64,000 nucleotides of DNA from Microcoleus sp. (GTDB lineage: Bacteria > Cyanobacteriota > Cyanobacteriia > Cyanobacteriales > Microcoleaceae). Shown here one piece after another: positions 60,920 through 64,000 of this stretch (positions are counted from its first letter, which is position 1; every line of letters starts with the position of its first letter). The notes beneath the pieces were generated by a model. That model was not told the DNA's origin and ran no database searches. It saw nothing but the letters and a program-made list of their open reading frames with translations. The position numbers were made by a program, and so were the translations under genes. Where the stretch lies: positions 896,001-960,000 of the forward strand of contig CP181291.1 of assembly GCA_052279835.1 (NCBI GenBank), read 5' to 3'.

Positions 60920-61360
60920 CTACACAATTGTTACCAGAATATCTTGAGCGTGAGTGTCAACTTTCATGGTTTCTCCTTCAAAAACCTGAATGATTTTGCC
61001 GGTACCATCGATGACAAAGGTGACGCGCTTGGCATAATCACCTTTTTCCACATCGTAGGCTTTGGTAATCGCGCCATCCACATCTGCTAATAGCTGGAAA
61101 GGCAAACAGTATTTTTCTGTGAACTTTTGGTGAGATTCCTCGTTATCGCGGCTGACACCGAGAACTACAATATCTTTGTCCTTGTATTCTTCATAGGCTG
61201 CTTTGAAGCTTTGGGCTTGTCTGGTGCAGCCGGGGGTGTCGTCTTTGGGGTAGAAATACAATATGACGGTTTTACCGGAGAATTCAGAGAGGGATACTGT
61301 TTTGCCATTGGTATCTTTGGCGGTAAATTGAGGGGCGGCGCATCCAACTGGTAAAGTCAT
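60920..61360 (-). CDS. bcp: Peroxiredoxin BCP/PrxQ
   Basis: LYFYPKDDTPGCTRQA, VLGVSRD, RVTFVID; ATG at 61360. Confidence 0.9.
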   Translation of the reverse strand: MTLPVGCAAPQFTAKDTNGKTVSLSEFSGKTVILYFYPKDDTPGCTRQAQSFKAAYEEYKDKDIVVLGVSRDNEESHQKFTEKYCLPFQLLADVDGAITKAYDVEKGDYAKRVTFVIDGTGKIIQVFEGETMKVDTHAQDILVTIV

Positions 61361-61454
61361 AGTTTTTGTTTCCCTTGTTTGGTTTTTGTTGCAGTTCCTC
61401 AACTTATTTTAGTTGGTTGTGTACCTTTGGAATCGGTGCATCTGACTTTTGGAA

Positions 61455-61860
61455 GGGCGAAGCACGATCGCAGGCAATTTATTAACGATCGCCAGAGATT
61501 TACTACGGTCATGCTTCCCCCCTACGAATATATTAACTGGTTCCCAGGCTCCAGCCTGGGAACCCATATCACTCTTGCTCTGCCTCGCTGGGGAAGATGG
61601 AAAGGTCGGCAAAGCCTCCCGCTCAGCGTTACCAGGTTGGAGTCTGGTAATATCAAATCCGGTAGCGTCTGAATTATTAAAATCTCTATTTTCTCCCTCT
61701 GTGTCCTCTGTGTTCTCTGCGGTTAAATAATTCCGATCCAACCTGAAACGATATAACGAGTAAAAAGGTCGGCAGAGCATCTATATCGGCGTTACCAGGC
61801 TGGAGCCTGGTAACGAGTAAACCGTGATTAATTGTAGGGAAACAGCCTTGCTGTCTCCTG
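61455..61860. repeat. Cluster of REP-like palindromes between the catalase and PrxQ genes
   Basis: GGTTCCCAGGCTCCAGCCTGGGAACC (~61539-61564), GTTACCAGG[CT]TGGAG[CT]CTGGTAAC x2, GGGCGAAGCA...TGCTTCCCCCCTAC, GTAGGGAAACAGCCTTGCTGTCTCCT. Confidence 0.7.
61651..61753 (-). mobile_element. ~103-bp MITE, copy 3 (TAA target duplication), inserted in a REP
   Basis: Reverse-orientation copy; TAA at 61648-61650 and 61754-61756. Confidence 0.82.
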
Positions 61861-61885
61861 ATTATAGGTAATATTAATTCCGATG

Positions 61886-63376
61886 CTACACGCCCACCGG
61901 TTGAGCCGCAGCAGCCATCATCGATGGATCGAGCTTAATCCCTAAACCTTCTGCCACTTGGCGGCCGTAATTCGGATCGGCGCGGAAGAAATGGCACAGT
62001 TGGCGCATCTGAATCTCCGGTTTTGCTGCACCCAAACTTTCCACAATATTAGCGACAAGCCGCTGCTGTGCATCGGGTTTCATCAAGCGATAGAGGTCTC
62101 CTGCTTGGGTGTAGTCGTCATTGCCTTTACGATGATCGTAGCGATCGACTTTGACATTTCCCAAGTCCCAAGCTGGGTCAGCATAGACACAGTTTTGCTT
62201 GGGCGTATCCTCATGGCTGTTAGGTTCGTAGTTCGGCCCGCTACCACCGTTATTACCCAATGCCATTGCGCCATCTCGTTGGTAGTGCATCACCGGACAT
62301 TTTGGTTGATTGACCGGCAATTGCTGATAGTTTGCACCGAGACGATAGCGTTGAGCATCTGCATAGGACATGATGCGAGATTGCAGCACTTTATCTGGAG
62401 AGAAGCTAATTCCTGGAACCACATTAGAAGGAGAAAATGCCGCCTGTTCTACTTCTGCAAAAAAGTTTTGGGGATTGCGATTGAGTTCGAGAATTCCCAC
62501 ATCAATTAAGGGAAATTCTGAGTGCTTCCAAACTTTTGTCAAGTCAAAGGGGTTTTCGCGATATTCTGCCGCCTGGGCTTCTGTCATTACTTGAATGCAA
62601 AAGCGCCACTTGGGATTATTACCTTGCTCGATCGCCTCAAACAAATCGCGAGTGGAATGATCGGGATCTTCGCCTTTGATCCGCATTGCTTCTGCGGCGG
62701 TCAAATTTTCAATACCTTGCATGGTTTTGAAGTGGAATTTGCACCAAACTCGTTCTCCTTGAGCATTGATGAGGCTGAACGTATGGCTACCAAAACCATC
62801 CATGTGGCGGTGGTTTTTCGGTGTACCGCGATCGGAAAACAAAATTGTCACCTGATGCAGAGATTCTGGACTCAGCGACCAGAAATCCCACTTGGCGTTA
62901 GGATCTTTGAGATGGGTTTGGGGATGGCGCTTTTGTGTGTGGATAAAATCAGGGAATTTAATCGGATCGCGAATGAAGAAAACAGGGGTATTATTGCCCA
63001 CTAAATCCCAGTTACCTTCTTCGGTGTAAAATTTGAGCGAAAAGCCTCTGGGGTCACGTTCGGCATCTGCTGAACCTTGTTCGCCACCTACGGTAGAGAA
63101 GCGGAGGAGAACCTGAGTTTGTTTACCAATTTCTGAAAATAACTGAGCTTTGCTATAGCGAGTAATGTCATGGGTGATGGTCAAGGTGCCAAATGCAGCG
63201 GCTCCTTTAGCATGGACAACGCGCTCTGGAATGCGTTCTCGGTTGAAGTGAGCCAGCTTCTCCATCAGGTGAAAATCCTGCATGAGGATGGGCCCGCGTT
63301 CACCGGCTGTCAAGGAGTTCTGGTTATCTGCAACGGGAATCCCGTCCGCCGTTGTCAATGTTTTGTGTTCTGTCAT
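61886..63376 (-). CDS. katA: Monofunctional heme catalase (small subunit)
   Basis: [51 protein letters not shown] (proximal Tyr). Confidence 0.93.
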   Translation of the reverse strand: MTEHKTLTTADGIPVADNQNSLTAGERGPILMQDFHLMEKLAHFNRERIPERVVHAKGAAAFGTLTITHDITRYSKAQLFSEIGKQTQVLLRFSTVGGEQGSADAERDPRGFSLKFYTEEGNWDLVGNNTPVFFIRDPIKFPDFIHTQKRHPQTHLKDPNAKWDFWSLSPESLHQVTILFSDRGTPKNHRHMDGFGSHTFSLINAQGERVWCKFHFKTMQGIENLTAAEAMRIKGEDPDHSTRDLFEAIEQGNNPKWRFCIQVMTEAQAAEYRENPFDLTKVWKHSEFPLIDVGILELNRNPQNFFAEVEQAAFSPSNVVPGISFSPDKVLQSRIMSYADAQRYRLGANYQQLPVNQPKCPVMHYQRDGAMALGNNGGSGPNYEPNSHEDTPKQNCVYADPAWDLGNVKVDRYDHRKGNDDYTQAGDLYRLMKPDAQQRLVANIVESLGAAKPEIQMRQLCHFFRADPNYGRQVAEGLGIKLDPSMMAAAAQPVGV

Positions 63377-63564
63377 GGTTGGTAAATCGATTGCTCTACC
63401 CTAAGTGTTCCATACCTTTCTGGGAGCGGGGTCTATCTGCGGAGGTAGTTATCAAATGGGCGATCGGGTGTTAGATTATTGGTGTGTTTTGAAAATTTGC
63501 TGAGTCAATTAAAACTAATAACCTGTCCTAAAATAGAAGAGACATCCTATATTAATTCCCTACC

Positions 63565-63882
63565 ATGTCGATCGCCGTCATTAAAGAACATATCGAAATC
63601 ACCCCAGGAATTTGTGGGGGAAAACCCCGTATCGCCGGACATCGCATCCGAGTTCAGGATATAGTTGTTTGGCACGAACAAATGGGAATGTCACCAGATG
63701 AAATTCTGTATCACTATCCGAGTATTACTTTATCTGATATCTATGCAGCTTTAGCCTATTATCACGATCGTCGAGATGAAATTCGCTCTGCGATCGAAGC
63801 AGATGCAGAATTTGCGCGCCAATTGAAAGCTCAAAACCCATCGCTATTGCAACAAAAATTAAAAAGTCGTCAACATGGCTAA
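63565..63882 (+). CDS. DUF433 antitoxin-like protein
   Basis: IEITPGICGGKPRIAGHRIRVQDI...YPSITLSDIYAALAYY. Confidence 0.9.
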   Translation: MSIAVIKEHIEITPGICGGKPRIAGHRIRVQDIVVWHEQMGMSPDEILYHYPSITLSDIYAALAYYHDRRDEIRSAIEADAEFARQLKAQNPSLLQQKLKSRQHG

Positions 63883-64000
63883 GATAAAATTCCATCTCGA
63901 CGCAAATATAACTCTTGCCATAGGGAATGGATTGCGAAGACGTGGAATTGATGTCACCACAACTCCAGAACAAGGAATGATCGGGCAATCCGACGAACAA
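63875..64000 (+). CDS. DUF5615 PIN-like toxin, runs off the window end
   Basis: MAKIKFHLDANI..AI..GLRRRGIDVTT....G..G.SDEQ; ATG overlaps the DUF433 stop by 8 nt; not in the ORF track. Confidence 0.8.
   Translation, partial: MAKIKFHLDANITLAIGNGLRRRGIDVTTTPEQGMIGQSDEQ

Noticed and set aside
61379..61780. ORFs 61379-61672, 61409-61780, 61449-61730
   Set aside because: They read through REP palindromes and a MITE; no protein-like features.

Overview
Chromosomal window from a filamentous cyanobacterium, probably Oscillatoriales/Microcoleus-like (inferred from abundant HIP1 GCGATCGC octamers, heptamer STRR tracts, GTAG-footed REP palindromes and NtcA promoters). Housekeeping and metabolic genes: HerA-like ATPase, sigB, CHASE4-PAS histidine kinase, cobO, moeA, NarL-type regulator, rimM, psiE-like, rbp, a complete nirA-nrtABCD-narB operon with NtcA sites, a PEP-CTERM protein, AraC regulator, C39 peptidase, PrxQ, monofunctional catalase and a DUF433/PIN toxin-antitoxin pair. 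Most unusual items: (1) a stand-alone IS200-like Y1/HUH (RAYT-type) transposase nested in cruciform REPIN-like repeats with long, register-perfect 8-bp arrays extending from their feet; (2) NrtD fused to a transmembrane helix, a 12x8-aa Thr/Ala/Pro stalk and a possible TonB-C-like domain; (3) a HIP1-free island with a frameshifted giant protein carrying lipase-like and NucA-type nuclease domains, facing a pentapeptide-repeat gene (candidate toxin and DNA-mimic immunity pair); (4) two tandem giant RTX-type proteins, one with an intact subtilase triad and one with His->Ala and Ser->Gly changes; (5) a ~103-bp MITE family with TAA/TTA target duplications and an empty-site paralog in the window. 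All calls are from reading the sequence by eye; no database searches were run.
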